DNA of 62,793 nucleotides. Origin: Acidimicrobiia bacterium (GTDB taxonomy: Bacteria > Actinomycetota > Acidimicrobiia > Spongiisociales > JAENVV01). The stretch lies in contig JBFKVA010000001.1 in NCBI GenBank assembly GCA_041635475.1, forward strand, positions 1 through 62,793, in the 5' to 3' direction. Below the pieces are notes generated by a model. That model saw only the letters and a list, made by a program, of their open reading frames with translations. It made no database searches and was not told where the DNA came from. The position numbers and the translations under genes are program-made. Positions 47,318 to 58,011 of the stretch are shown in pieces; positions within the stretch are counted from its first letter, which is position 1; each line of letters starts with the position of its first letter.

Positions 47318-47661
47318 GATCGTGTCCGCTTGCACTCGACGCACAGCACGGCGTTGGGGCGGAACTCCAGTCGTTCCGGGGAGATCTCCTTGCCACAGGC
47401 CTGGCACGTGCCGTAGGTGCCCGCATTCAGCCGTGCGAGGGCCACCTCGACCGACCGCAGCTCTTCGACCATGCGTTCGATGAGCCCGAGGATCTCCGAC
47501 CGTTCCGCGGTGATGGCGGCCGCATCGGCGAAGCCCTCACCCAGGTCGAGGTCCGTGCGCAGGTCACCATCCGGGTTTGCCCCCAACTCCTCGAGCTGGT
47601 GGATGAGCTTGGCCTTCTCGTCATCGAGGGCTGCGCGGACCGCGCTCTCGTTGATGGTCAT
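47314..47661 (-). CDS. TraR/DksA C4-type zinc finger protein
   Basis: Coiled coil with FADAA tip, ALARLNAGTYGTCQACGKEISPERLE...LCVEC; AGGAGG RBS. Confidence 0.92.
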   Translation of the reverse strand: MTINESAVRAALDDEKAKLIHQLEELGANPDGDLRTDLDLGEGFADAAAITAERSEILGLIERMVEELRSVEVALARLNAGTYGTCQACGKEISPERLEFRPNAVLCVECKRTRS

Positions 47662-48266
47662 TGCTCCTCCTTGGGGCTTTCGCGGACGCCTGATGTGACG
47701 TCGGCTGGAAGTCTACCGGTCGGGGGGGCGGGGCCCGGCATGCACCCGGCCAGGGCGAGGGCGGCGATCGTGATGGCATTGATGATGGCGCCGTCCTCGA
47801 TCATCGCCCTGAGGGTGGCAGGTGGCACCTCGACCACGTCGGCGAGCGCCTCCTCGGCGTCGGCCGGGCGCCGGGGCACCGCCACGAGGTCCGTCGCCAG
47901 GAAGAGGTCGATGCTCTCGTCGAGGACACCGGGGCTCGAAACCAGTCGACCGAGTTCGTCCAGCCGTCCCGGTGCTCGGCCGACCTCTTCGACGCACTCC
48001 CGGAAGGCCGTTGCCTCCGGCGCTTCTCCCGGTTCCCGGAGTCCGGCGGGGATTTCCCATATCCAGTCCCTCACGGCGGAGCGGTATTGACGGATCATCC
48101 ACACCCCGGCGGACCCGATGGCAACGACGGCCACCGCCCCTGGGTGCGTGAGACGATCGCGGCGGAGGCCCCTGCCGTCGTCCGCGATGAGGTGGTCGCG
48201 CTCAAGGGTGTTGAAGACGCCGGACCCGAGGGTGACCGTGCCGATGAGCCGGAACGGTGACGTCAC
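47658..48266 (-). CDS. NUDIX hydrolase (ADP-ribose pyrophosphatase, NudF-like)
   Basis: [17 protein letters not shown]...[15 protein letters not shown]. Confidence 0.9.
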   Translation of the reverse strand: MTSPFRLIGTVTLGSGVFNTLERDHLIADDGRGLRRDRLTHPGAVAVVAIGSAGVWMIRQYRSAVRDWIWEIPAGLREPGEAPEATAFRECVEEVGRAPGRLDELGRLVSSPGVLDESIDLFLATDLVAVPRRPADAEEALADVVEVPPATLRAMIEDGAIINAITIAALALAGCMPGPAPPTGRLPADVTSGVRESPKEEQ

Positions 48267-49909
48267 CCCACGCGCTCGTCGGCCAGGAGACGGACGTCGC
48301 CCGCTGCCTGGTCGGCATGGGTGGCTGCTGCCGCCACGAGGCCGGCGAACAGTGGATGGGGCGTGTCTGGGCGCGACTTGAACTCCGGATGGAACTGGGA
48401 TGCCACGAAGAAGGGGTGATCGGGAAGCTCCACCATTTCCACCAGGTGACGATCCGGTGACATTCCCGACAGGACGAGCCCGGCCTCCTCGAGCTGACCG
48501 CGGTACTTGTTGTTGACCTCCCAGCGATGCCGATGGCGCTCGTAGATGACCTCCTCCCCGTAAAGGCGCCTGGCCAGTGAGCCCTCGGCGAGTCGGCAGG
48601 CGTAGAGCCCGAGCCGCATCGTTCCTCCCATGTCCTCGACGTCCTCCTGTTCCTCCATGAGGGCGATGACCGGGTGGGGTGTGGTGGGGTCGAACTCGGT
48701 GGAGTGGGCGCCGGCGAGCCCGACCGCGTTGCGGGCGAACTCGATGACCGCCGACTGGAGGCCGAGGCAGAGGCCGAGGAACGGGATGCCTTGTTCCCGG
48801 GCATGCCTGATCGCCAGGATCTTCCCCTCGACGCCCCGCAGGCCGAACCCGCCGGGGACGACGATGCCGTCGAGGTCCTCGAGGTACGCCGATCCCATGA
48901 GTCCCGGGAGTTCGTCGGAGGGGATCCACCGGATGGTCACGGCGGTGCCGTTGGCGAGTCCGCCATGCTTGAGGGACTCGACGACGCTCAGGTAGGCATC
49001 GGGGAGGTCGACGTACTTGCCGACGAGACCGATCGTGACGGTTCGGCTCGGGGTGCGCAGGCGTTCGACCATGGCCTCCCACTCGGTGAGCAGGGCCGGT
49101 GGGGCGTCGATCCCCAGCTTGGCCGCCACCACGGTGTCGAGCCCGGCGTCACGCATGTGGATCGGCACCTCGTAGATGTCGTCGGCATCGACGGCGTTGA
49201 TCACGGCCGCCGCCGGAACGTCACAGAAGAGGCTGATCTTGCGTCGGATGGAGTCGTCGATCGCCCGGTCGGACCGCACGACGATCACGTCCGGATGGAT
49301 GCCTCGACTCCGCAACTCGGCAACGGAGTGCTGGGTGGGCTTGGACTTCAGCTCCTCCGCCGAGGCGATGTAGGGAACGAGGGTGACGTGGATGTAGCAC
49401 ACGTTTTCACGGCCGACGTCGTTGCCGAACTGGCGGATCGCCTCGAGGAACGGGAGCCCTTCGATGTCACCGACGGTCCCACCGAGTTCGCTGATCACGA
49501 CGTCCACGTCGTCTCGCTCCCCCATTCGCCTGATGCGGGCCTTGATCTCGTTCGTCACGTGGGGAATCACCTGCACGGTGGCGCCGAGGTAGTCACCTCT
49601 GCGCTCCTTGGCGATGACCGTCTGGTAGATGGACCCCGCGGAGACCGATGCCTCGCGGCGCAGATTGACACCGGTGAACCGTTCGTAGTGGCCGAGGTCG
49701 AGGTCGGTCTCTCCCCCATCGTCGGTGACGAAGACCTCACCGTGCTGGAACGGGTTCATGGTCCCGGGGTCGACGTTGATGTAGGGGTCGAGTTTCTGCG
49801 TGACGACGCGCAGGCCGCGGTCCTTGAGGAGGCGTCCGAGCGACGCTGCGGTGATGCCTTTGCCAAGGCTCGAGACCACGCCACCCGTCACGAAGATGTA
49901 TCTCGTCAC
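48263..49909 (-). CDS. pyrG: CTP synthase
   Basis: [49 protein letters not shown]. Confidence 0.98.
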   Translation of the reverse strand: MTRYIFVTGGVVSSLGKGITAASLGRLLKDRGLRVVTQKLDPYINVDPGTMNPFQHGEVFVTDDGGETDLDLGHYERFTGVNLRREASVSAGSIYQTVIAKERRGDYLGATVQVIPHVTNEIKARIRRMGERDDVDVVISELGGTVGDIEGLPFLEAIRQFGNDVGRENVCYIHVTLVPYIASAEELKSKPTQHSVAELRSRGIHPDVIVVRSDRAIDDSIRRKISLFCDVPAAAVINAVDADDIYEVPIHMRDAGLDTVVAAKLGIDAPPALLTEWEAMVERLRTPSRTVTIGLVGKYVDLPDAYLSVVESLKHGGLANGTAVTIRWIPSDELPGLMGSAYLEDLDGIVVPGGFGLRGVEGKILAIRHAREQGIPFLGLCLGLQSAVIEFARNAVGLAGAHSTEFDPTTPHPVIALMEEQEDVEDMGGTMRLGLYACRLAEGSLARRLYGEEVIYERHRHRWEVNNKYRGQLEEAGLVLSGMSPDRHLVEMVELPDHPFFVASQFHPEFKSRPDTPHPLFAGLVAAAATHADQAAGDVRLLADERVG

Positions 49910-49946
49910 GGAAGGACAATGTAGCACGGAGTCGTGCCGACCCCCG

Positions 49947-51545
49947 TCAGTTGATCCGCCGGGCGCCGCGACCCGACCACTCCTTCTCGCGCAGGACGTA
50001 CTTCTGGATCTTCCCCGTGGACGTCTTGGGCAGCGCCGCAACGAAGTCGATCGTGTCGGGGGCCTTGAAGCCGGCGAGTCGGCTGCGCACGTGGGCGACG
50101 AGGTCTGACGCGCTGCCTTCCGCACCGGGTTTGAGAACGACGAAGGCCTTCGGCCGTTCCCCCCAGGTGTCGTGGGGAACGGCCACGACCGCGGCTTCGA
50201 GGACCGTGGGATGGGACATGATGGCCTGCTCCACCTCGATCGTGGAGATGTTCTCTCCGCCGGAGATGATGACGTCCTTGAACCGATCTCGAAGCTCGAT
50301 GTAGCCGTCCGGGTGCCACACGGCGGCGTCCCCGGAGTGGAACCATCCGCCGGCGAACGCCGTGTCGGTGGCGTCCGGCTCCGCGTAGTAGCCGGCCATG
50401 ACGTTGTTGCCGCGCATGACGACCTCACCCATCGTCTCGCCATCGCGGGGAACGTCGTTCATGTCCTCGTCGACCACCCTGATCGGGTCGGCGATGACGT
50501 ACGCCACCCCCTGCCGGGCCCGACGCTGAACCTGGTCGGCCGGGTCCAGTTCCGACCACCGTGGCTGGATCTCGCACACTGTGTGGGGCCCGTAGGTCTC
50601 GGTGAGCCCGTACACGTGGACGAGGTCGGCTCCCAACTCCGTCATCTGGGCGATGAGGGTGGGACTGGGGGGAGCACCGGCGGTGGTCACGACGAGTCCG
50701 GCTTCTATGAGCCCCGCGTCGGGGTGGTTGGCCATGCCGATGAGGACGGTGGGGGCCGCGTTGAGGTGGGTGATGCCGACGCTGCGAATGAGCCGCCAGA
50801 TCTCGCCCGCCTCGACGGCCCGCAGGGCCACATGGGTGCCTCCGACCGCGGTGACCCCCCACGTCGTGCACCACCCGTTGCAGTGGAACATCGGCAGGGT
50901 CCACAGGTAGACTGACGATGCGGTGTGCCGGCTGTGAATCACCTCACCCAGCGCGTTGAGATAGGCCCCGCGGTGGGTGTACATGACGCCTTTCGGACGC
51001 CCGGTCGTCCCCGACGTGTAGTTGATGGAGATCATTCGTTGCTCGTCGTCGACCCGCCACGGGCGCTCGACGTCCTCGCCGTCGACCTTCCCCCGATCGA
51101 GGAAGTCGGCGTAGGCGGCTGCCTCGATGCCGTCGGCGTCTCCGATGACGATGACATCGTCCAGGGAGGCCCCGTCGAGGATGGGGGCGACCGACGGGAC
51201 AAGGCTCGTATCGACGACGAGGATCCGGGCACCGGAATGCTCGAGGATGTAGGCGATCTCGTCGGGGGCGAGGCGGGTGTTGATGGCGACGAGGACCGCA
51301 TGTCGGAGGGGGACTCCGAAGTGGGCGATCAGCATCTCGGGTGTGTTCGGACAGAGGTAGGCAACCCGATCACCGGGTTCGATGCCGCTCGCCGCCAGGG
51401 CGTTGGCAAGGCGGGTGGCGTGGCCTGCCATCTCCGCGTAGGTGATGGCTTCGTCTCCGTCGAGGATGGCTGTCTTGTCGGGGAAGGCGTCGCGGGACCG
51501 TTCCAGGAACAGCAGCGGCGTCAGCTGTGTGTCGTTGACCTGCAT
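49947..51545 (-). CDS. Acyl-CoA synthetase / AMP-binding ligase
   Basis: [60 protein letters not shown]. Confidence 0.94.
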   Translation of the reverse strand: MQVNDTQLTPLLFLERSRDAFPDKTAILDGDEAITYAEMAGHATRLANALAASGIEPGDRVAYLCPNTPEMLIAHFGVPLRHAVLVAINTRLAPDEIAYILEHSGARILVVDTSLVPSVAPILDGASLDDVIVIGDADGIEAAAYADFLDRGKVDGEDVERPWRVDDEQRMISINYTSGTTGRPKGVMYTHRGAYLNALGEVIHSRHTASSVYLWTLPMFHCNGWCTTWGVTAVGGTHVALRAVEAGEIWRLIRSVGITHLNAAPTVLIGMANHPDAGLIEAGLVVTTAGAPPSPTLIAQMTELGADLVHVYGLTETYGPHTVCEIQPRWSELDPADQVQRRARQGVAYVIADPIRVVDEDMNDVPRDGETMGEVVMRGNNVMAGYYAEPDATDTAFAGGWFHSGDAAVWHPDGYIELRDRFKDVIISGGENISTIEVEQAIMSHPTVLEAAVVAVPHDTWGERPKAFVVLKPGAEGSASDLVAHVRSRLAGFKAPDTIDFVAALPKTSTGKIQKYVLREKEWSGRGARRIN

Positions 51546-51582
51546 GGGGGGATGGTAGAACCTCTCCCCGGGGGCCCGTCGG

Positions 51583-53187
51583 TCAGGGTCGGCGCTTGTC
51601 GGCGTAGGCGATGAGCTCTTCGGCATGGGTGAGTCCGCTCTCGGTCGTTTCGATCCCCGAGAGCATCCGGGTGAGTTCGGTGAGGCGGGCCGCTCCTTCC
51701 AGGCGTCGCACCCGGGCGGCTCCGTCCAGGCGTTCGACGGTGTAATGGGTGTCGGCGAAGGCGGCGATCTGCGGCAGATGGGTGACGCACAGGACCTGAT
51801 GCCGGGAGGCGAGTTCGGCCAGCTTCTCGCCCAGCCGGAGCGCGGTCGTGCCCCCGATGCCGGCGTCGATCTCGTCGAAGGCGACGACGTCGACCCCTTC
51901 CATCCCGGTGGCCAGCCGCAAGGCGAGCACGAGGCGCGAGAGTTCGCCCCCCGAAGCGATCCGTGAGACGGGCCCGGGTGTGAGTGCTTCGTCTGAGGCG
52001 AATGCCAGGGCTGCGCCTGCCGTCCCGGCGGGCCCCGGATCGCCGTCCTGGCTGAACGTGAAGGCCACATGGGGTGTCGAGAACCCGAGGTCGAGGAGGT
52101 GACCTTTCGTTCTCTCGGCCACGGTCTCGGCGCATGCCTTCCGTTGCACGGTGAGCCGCGCTCCACACGCCGCCAAGGCCCCCAAGAGGCGGTCGCGTTC
52201 GGAGTCGATCCGATCGGCGACCGAGAGGGTCTCGGTGAGTTCCTGGCTCCGGGCCGCGGCACGGCGACCGTACTCTGTGATCTCGGCCACGGTGTCGCCG
52301 TACCGCCTCCGCAGTTCCCCCAACAGTGCCAGGCGTTCCTCGGTCCGTTCGAGGAACGCCGGGTCGACGCTTGTCCGCTCCAACTCGTCGCCGGCCTCGC
52401 TGAGGGCGTCGCGTACCTCGATGGAGAGTCCGTTCACCCGCTCTGCGAGCGGACGTAGCGCATCGGTGAGGTCGGCGGCTCGGCGGGTGGCGGCCACGGC
52501 CCGCCCGAGCGCCTCGGCGGCCAGGTCCAGGTCGATCCTGGCCTTGCCGATCAGCCCCAGGAGATCCTGGGCGTGGCGAAGCCTCGACAGGTTCTCCCGG
52601 AGGTCCGTCACCTCGTCCTCGGTGAACCCGGCGGCTTCGATCTCGGCCGATTCGTGGGCCAGCAGGTCGGCTTCGCGCTGCAGGGCACGCCGGTCGCCGC
52701 CCAACGTCGTGGCTCGCCGTTCGATCTCCGTCAGTTCGTGCCACAGCCCGCGGTACTCGGCCAGGGTCGTGCGGCCTGCCTCGTCGAGGAGGCCGTCCAG
52801 GAGGTGAAGCACTTCTCCGCCGCGGGCAAGGCGAAGATGATCGTTCTGGGCGACGATCTCCACGCTCGCCCCGATTCGGTCCCGCAGTTCGGTGGCTGAC
52901 GCCATGTGCCCGTCGAGGGACGAACGGGTCCGCCCACCGCGCTCCAGGCGCCGGGCGACGATGAACTCCTCGTCACCCGAGACGAACCGGGCTTCGACCG
53001 ACGCCTCCGTACCGAAGGGACCGATGCGGTCGGCTCGGAAGTCATCACCTCCCAGGATGCCGAGCGCTCCCACGAGCAGGGTCTTGCCCGTTCCGGTTTC
53101 GCCGGTGATCACCGTGAGGTGGGGTCCGGGCTGGATGCGGGCCTCTTCGAGGACAGCGACGTTGCGAACCGCGAGCTCGTCAAGCAT
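51583..53187 (-). CDS. recN: DNA repair protein RecN
   Basis: TGETGTGKT, coiled coil, ASGGELSR, FDEIDAG, VTHLPQIAA. Confidence 0.95.
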   Translation of the reverse strand: MLDELAVRNVAVLEEARIQPGPHLTVITGETGTGKTLLVGALGILGGDDFRADRIGPFGTEASVEARFVSGDEEFIVARRLERGGRTRSSLDGHMASATELRDRIGASVEIVAQNDHLRLARGGEVLHLLDGLLDEAGRTTLAEYRGLWHELTEIERRATTLGGDRRALQREADLLAHESAEIEAAGFTEDEVTDLRENLSRLRHAQDLLGLIGKARIDLDLAAEALGRAVAATRRAADLTDALRPLAERVNGLSIEVRDALSEAGDELERTSVDPAFLERTEERLALLGELRRRYGDTVAEITEYGRRAAARSQELTETLSVADRIDSERDRLLGALAACGARLTVQRKACAETVAERTKGHLLDLGFSTPHVAFTFSQDGDPGPAGTAGAALAFASDEALTPGPVSRIASGGELSRLVLALRLATGMEGVDVVAFDEIDAGIGGTTALRLGEKLAELASRHQVLCVTHLPQIAAFADTHYTVERLDGAARVRRLEGAARLTELTRMLSGIETTESGLTHAEELIAYADKRRP

Positions 53188-54019
53188 CGGTGCCTTTGAT
53201 CCCGGTGAGCCCGTCCTGGAGCCGGAGCTTGGATCGAAGGGTCTCCGGGTAGCTCCTCCCTGTCACGTCGATGAGTCGCAGGATCGGGCCACGCTCGATC
53301 TGCACCCAGTCACCGGGGGCGAGGGTCACCATTGCCCGCCCGTCCACGGAGCACCCGGCCGGTCGGTCGTGCTCGATGCTGGCCCGCAGCGTGGCGGCCG
53401 GGTGGAGGACGACCGAAGCCGAGAACAGGGAGTACGCCGCCACCGGCGTGATCACGAGGGCTGCGATCCGAGGGTCGATGAGCGGCCCCCCCGCCGAGAG
53501 GTTGTACGCACTCGAGCCGGTCGGGGTGGCGATGATGACCCCGTCAGCCCGGTACGTCAGGAACCGTTCCCCGTCGACCTCGATGTCGACCGAGATCATC
53601 TGCTGGCTGGCAACCTTCTCGATGACGACGTCGTTGAGGCCGATCTGCTCCTCACCGTTGGCCCGGGCGAGGATCGTCATGCGCTCCTTCACGCGGTGTT
53701 CGTCCGTTGACAGGAGGTCGACGAGCCGGTCGATGTCGCCGATCTCCACCTCGGCCAGGAACCCGACACGGCCGACGTTGATCCCCACGATGTCGGCACC
53801 GGTCGCGGTGGCAAAGGCTGCCCCCTCGAGGACGGTCCCGTCGCCACCCACGGCCACGACCACTCGCTGTGTGCCGTCGGCGATGCCCAGTCCCAGCGCC
53901 GTTGCGCCGCTCTGGGTGCAGGCGGCGAGCTCCCGGCCCCGGGACGTCATTTGTTCGGCGAAGGCCCGGGCGGCGGCCACGGCCTCCGGCCTGTCCTCGG
54001 CCACGTGGATCCCGATCAC
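53180..54019 (-). CDS. nadK: NAD(+)/NADH kinase
   Basis: GGDGT, GRVGFL, LND, DGVIIATPTGSSAYNLSAGGP. Confidence 0.95.
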   Translation of the reverse strand: MIGIHVAEDRPEAVAAARAFAEQMTSRGRELAACTQSGATALGLGIADGTQRVVVAVGGDGTVLEGAAFATATGADIVGINVGRVGFLAEVEIGDIDRLVDLLSTDEHRVKERMTILARANGEEQIGLNDVVIEKVASQQMISVDIEVDGERFLTYRADGVIIATPTGSSAYNLSAGGPLIDPRIAALVITPVAAYSLFSASVVLHPAATLRASIEHDRPAGCSVDGRAMVTLAPGDWVQIERGPILRLIDVTGRSYPETLRSKLRLQDGLTGIKGTDA

Positions 54020-54795
54020 GCGACGACCTCCGCCACACGGCTCGATGCCAGCGAGGTGGCCCCTCGATCGAGAAGCAGGAGGTACTCGGTGTTCCCGGCC
54101 TTGGCTCCCTGCACCGGCGACTCGAGGAGGCCACGGGCGCCGAGCCCGGCCTCGGCCAGGCAGACGATCACGGATTCGACGGCTGAGCGACGAAGCATTG
54201 GATCGCGAACGATACCTCCCCGGGCCAGGCGGCCCCGCCCCACCTCGAACTGCGGTTTGACGAGGAGGACCCAGACCGCCGTGTCGCTCCCGAGTGCGGC
54301 GAGTTGGGTGGCGACCGCACAGAGGGAGATGAACGAGAGGTCGACGACGACCGCGTCAAAAGGGGCACCCAACTCCTCGGGGTCCGCGAGCCGTATGTTC
54401 GTGCGGTCCCGCACGGTCACCCGCGGGTCGGCCCGGAGTCGCCAATCGAGCTGGCCGTAGCCCACGTCCACCGCCACGACACCCGAAGCGCCCCGCTGGA
54501 GAAGGCAGTCCGTGAAACCACCGGTGGACGCCCCCACATCGATGGCCCGCCAACCCCTGGCGTCGAGCCCGAAACCATCGAGGGCCGCCTCGAGTTTCAG
54601 TCCGCCGCGCCCGACGTAGGGATGGAGCGGGCGTTCGATCCGGATGGAGGTGCCGGGCTCGACCTGCGACGCCGCCTTGGGCGCCGGGTTTCCGCCAACC
54701 ACGACGAGCCCCTCTTCGATGAGTCGGGCGGCCTCCGTTCGCGACCCGGCGAGCTTGCGGTGGACGAGCTCCGCATCCAGGCGCCGACGCGTCAC
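54016..54795 (-). CDS. tlyA: TlyA family rRNA 2'-O-methyltransferase
   Basis: RRRLDAELV, YVGRGGLKL, DVGASTGGFTD, VDVGYGQL, DLSFISL, VKPQFE, GNTEY. Confidence 0.96.
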   Translation of the reverse strand: MTRRRLDAELVHRKLAGSRTEAARLIEEGLVVVGGNPAPKAASQVEPGTSIRIERPLHPYVGRGGLKLEAALDGFGLDARGWRAIDVGASTGGFTDCLLQRGASGVVAVDVGYGQLDWRLRADPRVTVRDRTNIRLADPEELGAPFDAVVVDLSFISLCAVATQLAALGSDTAVWVLLVKPQFEVGRGRLARGGIVRDPMLRRSAVESVIVCLAEAGLGARGLLESPVQGAKAGNTEYLLLLDRGATSLASSRVAEVVA

Positions 54796-54935
54796 TCGCC
54801 GTCGAGTTCGTGCTCGAGTGCCCGGGCGATCGCCACCGCCGGCTCGACCGCATCGGCTGGATCCGCCTCATCGAGCGCGGCCACGAGGTCGGGGAGGCTG
54901 GCGGGAATGGGTTCAGGGTGGGACGTTGGTTCCAT
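54792..54935 (-). CDS. Small acidic hypothetical protein (47 aa)
   Basis: MEPTSHPEP...LEHELDGE; GTGA overlap with tlyA; TACGAT 7 nt upstream of ATG. Confidence 0.6.
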   Translation of the reverse strand: MEPTSHPEPIPASLPDLVAALDEADPADAVEPAVAIARALEHELDGE

Positions 54936-54991
54936 CGCCCTGATCGTACCGACCAAGCATGACATCGGTCGGCCCGGCCTACGATCGTGGG

Positions 54992-55702
54992 GTGATCCCG
55001 ATCCGAGACGAGCTCCCTTCCCTGCGGTCGTCGCTCGTGACGTGGTCGGTCCTCCTGGCCACCATCGGGGTGTTCCTCGTCTGGCAACTCCCGGGGCCAC
55101 CCGACCTGGTCCCGCAGACCGCCGTGATCCCGTGCGAAGTGATCACCGGCGAACCTGTCTCGGCCGCCGAGCTCCTCGGTGATCGGCCGTGTACCCGCGG
55201 CGACAATCCCCTCTTCCCGGACAAGGAACCACTGCTCGGCCTTGTGTACTCGCTCGTCCTCCACGGCGGGCTCGTCCACCTCGGCTTCAACATGTGGTCC
55301 CTGTGGGTGTTTGGCAACAACGTCGAGGACGCCTTCGGACACGCGCGGTACCTCGGCCTCTACCTCACGGCCGGCGTGGTTGGAAGCCTCACCCACGTCG
55401 TGCTCAACCCGGGGTCGGCCGTCCCGCTGATTGGAGCGTCAGGAGCCATCGCCGGGGTCATGGGCGCATACCTCGTGCTCTTCCCCCGGGCCCGCATCGT
55501 CTCGATCGTCCCGCCGTTCTGGTTCCTCCAGTTCCGGGTGCCGGCGGCGGCGTTCCTTGGACTGTGGTTCGTGGCGCAGTTCTTCATTGCGGACGCCACC
55601 GTTGCCTGGGCCGCCCATGTCGGTGGGTTCGTCGTCGGGGTGCTCGTCACCTTGGCCCGGCGTGATCGCCACCACGCCCGTTTGCGGCGGCTCCGGCGTT
55701 AG
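54992..55702 (+). CDS. Rhomboid family intramembrane serine protease
   Basis: MIPIRD, LHGGLVHLGFNMWSLWVFGNNVED, GASGAIAG, AWAAHVGG. Confidence 0.94.
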   Translation: MIPIRDELPSLRSSLVTWSVLLATIGVFLVWQLPGPPDLVPQTAVIPCEVITGEPVSAAELLGDRPCTRGDNPLFPDKEPLLGLVYSLVLHGGLVHLGFNMWSLWVFGNNVEDAFGHARYLGLYLTAGVVGSLTHVVLNPGSAVPLIGASGAIAGVMGAYLVLFPRARIVSIVPPFWFLQFRVPAAAFLGLWFVAQFFIADATVAWAAHVGGFVVGVLVTLARRDRHHARLRRLRR

Positions 55703-55717
55703 GTGTCCACCCGGCGA

Positions 55718-56122
55718 TCAGCGGAGGACTTCAAGCAAGTCGCGCATGGACGGCACCAGGTCGAGTGAGCCGGCTGCCTCCAGCGTGACCCACCGTGCTT
55801 CCGCGGCGTCGGTTCCGGCTCGGAGTGCGCCCCCGTCAACCGTGGCGAAGAAGTCGACGACCACGTAGTGGAACCCACCGGTGGCTGTCTGGGCCCGGAC
55901 CTCGCCTTGCCACACAACCGCGCCGACCGACAGTCGAAGGCCGGTCTCCTCGAACGCCTCCCGGGCGGCAGCCTCACGAAGACGTTCGCCTCCCTGGACG
56001 CGGCCGCCGGGTACCGCCCACTTGCCCTTCCCGGGCTCCTGGCCCCGCCGTACGAGGAGGATCTCGCCGTCGCGGACCGTCACCGCCCCCACTCCCAGGA
56101 TCGGGATCGGTCCCACGGTCAC
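55718..56122 (-). CDS. NUDIX hydrolase (MutT-like)
   Basis: GVGAV, LLVRR, WAVPGG...[12 protein letters not shown] Nudix box, HYVVVDF. Confidence 0.9.
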   Translation of the reverse strand: MTVGPIPILGVGAVTVRDGEILLVRRGQEPGKGKWAVPGGRVQGGERLREAAAREAFEETGLRLSVGAVVWQGEVRAQTATGGFHYVVVDFFATVDGGALRAGTDAAEARWVTLEAAGSLDLVPSMRDLLEVLR

Positions 56123-56580
56123 TTTCGATGCATGATGATGTGCCGGGCCTTGAAGCCGGCCGACTCGAAGAAGTTCTTGGCGAGGCGGTGACCGGGAAGG
56201 ACATGGGCATCGAACAGCGTGTGACCCTTCGACTCCATGGCCTGAAGGAGGAACTCCAGCATCGCGGCCGCCACTCCCACCTCGCGCGCCGGTGGCTCGG
56301 TGTAGATGTAGCGGATCGAGACCATTCGGTCCCGGGAGGCCGGGAGCGCTTCGTCGAACGCCGCGGCCAGTCCAACAACCGCATCGTCGATCGCTCCCAC
56401 GCACAGTTCCACCGACTGATCATCCAGCAGCGCGGAGAAAGAGACGCTCGGCGGACCGTTGAGTCCCGAGGCCGGGATCCACAAGGGTGAGAGCGCGTCC
56501 ATCTCGGCCTCCAGGCCCTCGTAGAGGCGGACGAGGTCAGGGATGTCTGCTGCGGTGGCGGTTCGGGCTGAGACGAGCAT
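56119..56580 (-). CDS. GNAT family N-acetyltransferase
   Basis: [21 protein letters not shown]; start ATG 56580 or GTG 56592. Confidence 0.85.
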   Translation of the reverse strand: MLVSARTATAADIPDLVRLYEGLEAEMDALSPLWIPASGLNGPPSVSFSALLDDQSVELCVGAIDDAVVGLAAAFDEALPASRDRMVSIRYIYTEPPAREVGVAAAMLEFLLQAMESKGHTLFDAHVLPGHRLAKNFFESAGFKARHIIMHRK

Positions 56581-56622
56581 GCGCGATGTCACCCTACGGC
56601 GGCCCGGGACATGTCGGGGTTG

Positions 56623-57066
56623 CTAGACGCAGTCGCGGCAGACTCGGCGCTTCTTGTTGGCGAGCTGGCTCGTCTTCTTGACGAGGAAACACTCGGAGCA
56701 CACGAACTCGTCGGCACTCTGTTCTCGGGCCGAGCCGCCAATGCCAAGCTCTTCGCGCCGCATCTCACGGATCTCCGCCGCCTCGTCGACGAGGAGGGTC
56801 TCCGGGTCGTCCTCGATCTCGAGTTCTGCTGCCTCGAGTTCCTCGAGTGCCTCGTCTCGGTCCTCGCCGTCGTCCGGATCGTCGTCCTCGTCCTCGTCGT
56901 CGTCGTCGAAGTCGTCATCCACCTCGTCGGTGACGTCGTCGTCGTCGACGACGACCTCTTCCTCGTCGTCGTCGTCGAAGTCGTCCGCGATGTCGTCTTC
57001 GGCGATGTCCTCTATGTCGAGTTCGTCGTCGTCGTCGAAGTCGTCGGTGATGTCATCGGCTGCCAC
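56623..57066 (-). CDS. DUF4193-like highly acidic protein with C-terminal C4 zinc site
   Basis: Long D/E tract then DEFVCSECFLVK...CRDC; GAGGAG RBS. Confidence 0.85.
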   Translation of the reverse strand: MAADDITDDFDDDDELDIEDIAEDDIADDFDDDDEEEVVVDDDDVTDEVDDDFDDDDEDEDDDPDDGEDRDEALEELEAAELEIEDDPETLLVDEAAEIREMRREELGIGGSAREQSADEFVCSECFLVKKTSQLANKKRRVCRDCV

Positions 57067-57141
57067 GGCGGGCTGCTCCTCGGTTGAACGCGGCGGGAGT
57101 ATATAGGGAATGCCGATTCGGACGAAGGCCGGTCGTCCCGA

Positions 57142-58011
57142 CTACACGCGGATGTCGACCGCACCCGGCAGGATGCGACCCTCCACCGTGGCCTCTCCCA
57201 AGAACTCCCCGTCGACCTCTGCGGGCCAGACCGGTTCGGTGGACAGTCGAAACCAGCGGGTCGTGACGCGCCTGACCCCGGGATGGGTGAGGTGGAGGCC
57301 TTGCTTCATGCGTGGGAACAGCGTGAAGGCCTGCCGTTTCGGTGCGTCCACCACGATCATGTCGAACAGCCCGTCCACGAGGGACGCCTTGGGGGCGATT
57401 CGCATTCCGCCACCGAAGAACTCCCCGTTGGCGGCCACGATGACCAGTCCCCGGCCTTCCAGCGTGCGGCCGTCGACTTCGAGCCTGAAGGAACCCTGTC
57501 GGAAGGTGGGCAGCGCGGCCCAGAACGCCGCCTCGTACTTCAGCGGTCCAGTCCAGCGCGGCATGCGGTCGGCGTACTTGACGGTGGCGGCTCCGAGTCC
57601 CGCCTCGAAGACGTTCATGCCTCTCCTCACCCCGAAGGGGCCTTCGAGCTCCATCGCGTCCGATCGGTAATCGGAGCCGTCGAGCGCCTTGGTGACCGCG
57701 TCCTCGACCGTGGTGGGGATGGCGAACATCCGGGCGAAGTCGGACCCGGTTCCGGCCGGGACGATGGCCATCCGTGGTGTCGTCGGAGCTGGCTCCGCCA
57801 GGAGGCCGTTCACGACGAGGTTGATCGTGCCGTCGCCGCCCACGACCATGATGGAGTCCCCGTCGGCGTGGGCCTGGGTGACCGCCGCGGACAAGGTGTC
57901 CGCCCCGAGGTTGTCCAGCGGGTAGGCCTCGGCGCCGTGGTCCCGCAACGCGGCCAGGGTGCGCTCACCGGCCCTCGATGCCTCCCGCCCCACGGCGACG
58001 GCCCATCTCAT
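57142..58011 (-). CDS. Diacylglycerol kinase family lipid kinase (YegS/BmrU-like)
   Basis: GGDGTIN, PAGTGSDFAR, NGEFFGGGM, EVDGE. Confidence 0.9.
   Translation of the reverse strand: MRWAVAVGREASRAGERTLAALRDHGAEAYPLDNLGADTLSAAVTQAHADGDSIMVVGGDGTINLVVNGLLAEPAPTTPRMAIVPAGTGSDFARMFAIPTTVEDAVTKALDGSDYRSDAMELEGPFGVRRGMNVFEAGLGAATVKYADRMPRWTGPLKYEAAFWAALPTFRQGSFRLEVDGRTLEGRGLVIVAANGEFFGGGMRIAPKASLVDGLFDMIVVDAPKRQAFTLFPRMKQGLHLTHPGVRRVTTRWFRLSTEPVWPAEVDGEFLGEATVEGRILPGAVDIRV

Noticed and set aside
56860-57060. GTC-rich repetitive DNA as a CRISPR or satellite repeat
   Set aside because: It is the poly-Asp/Glu coding tract of the DUF4193-like gene; there are no repeat-spacer units and no cas genes.
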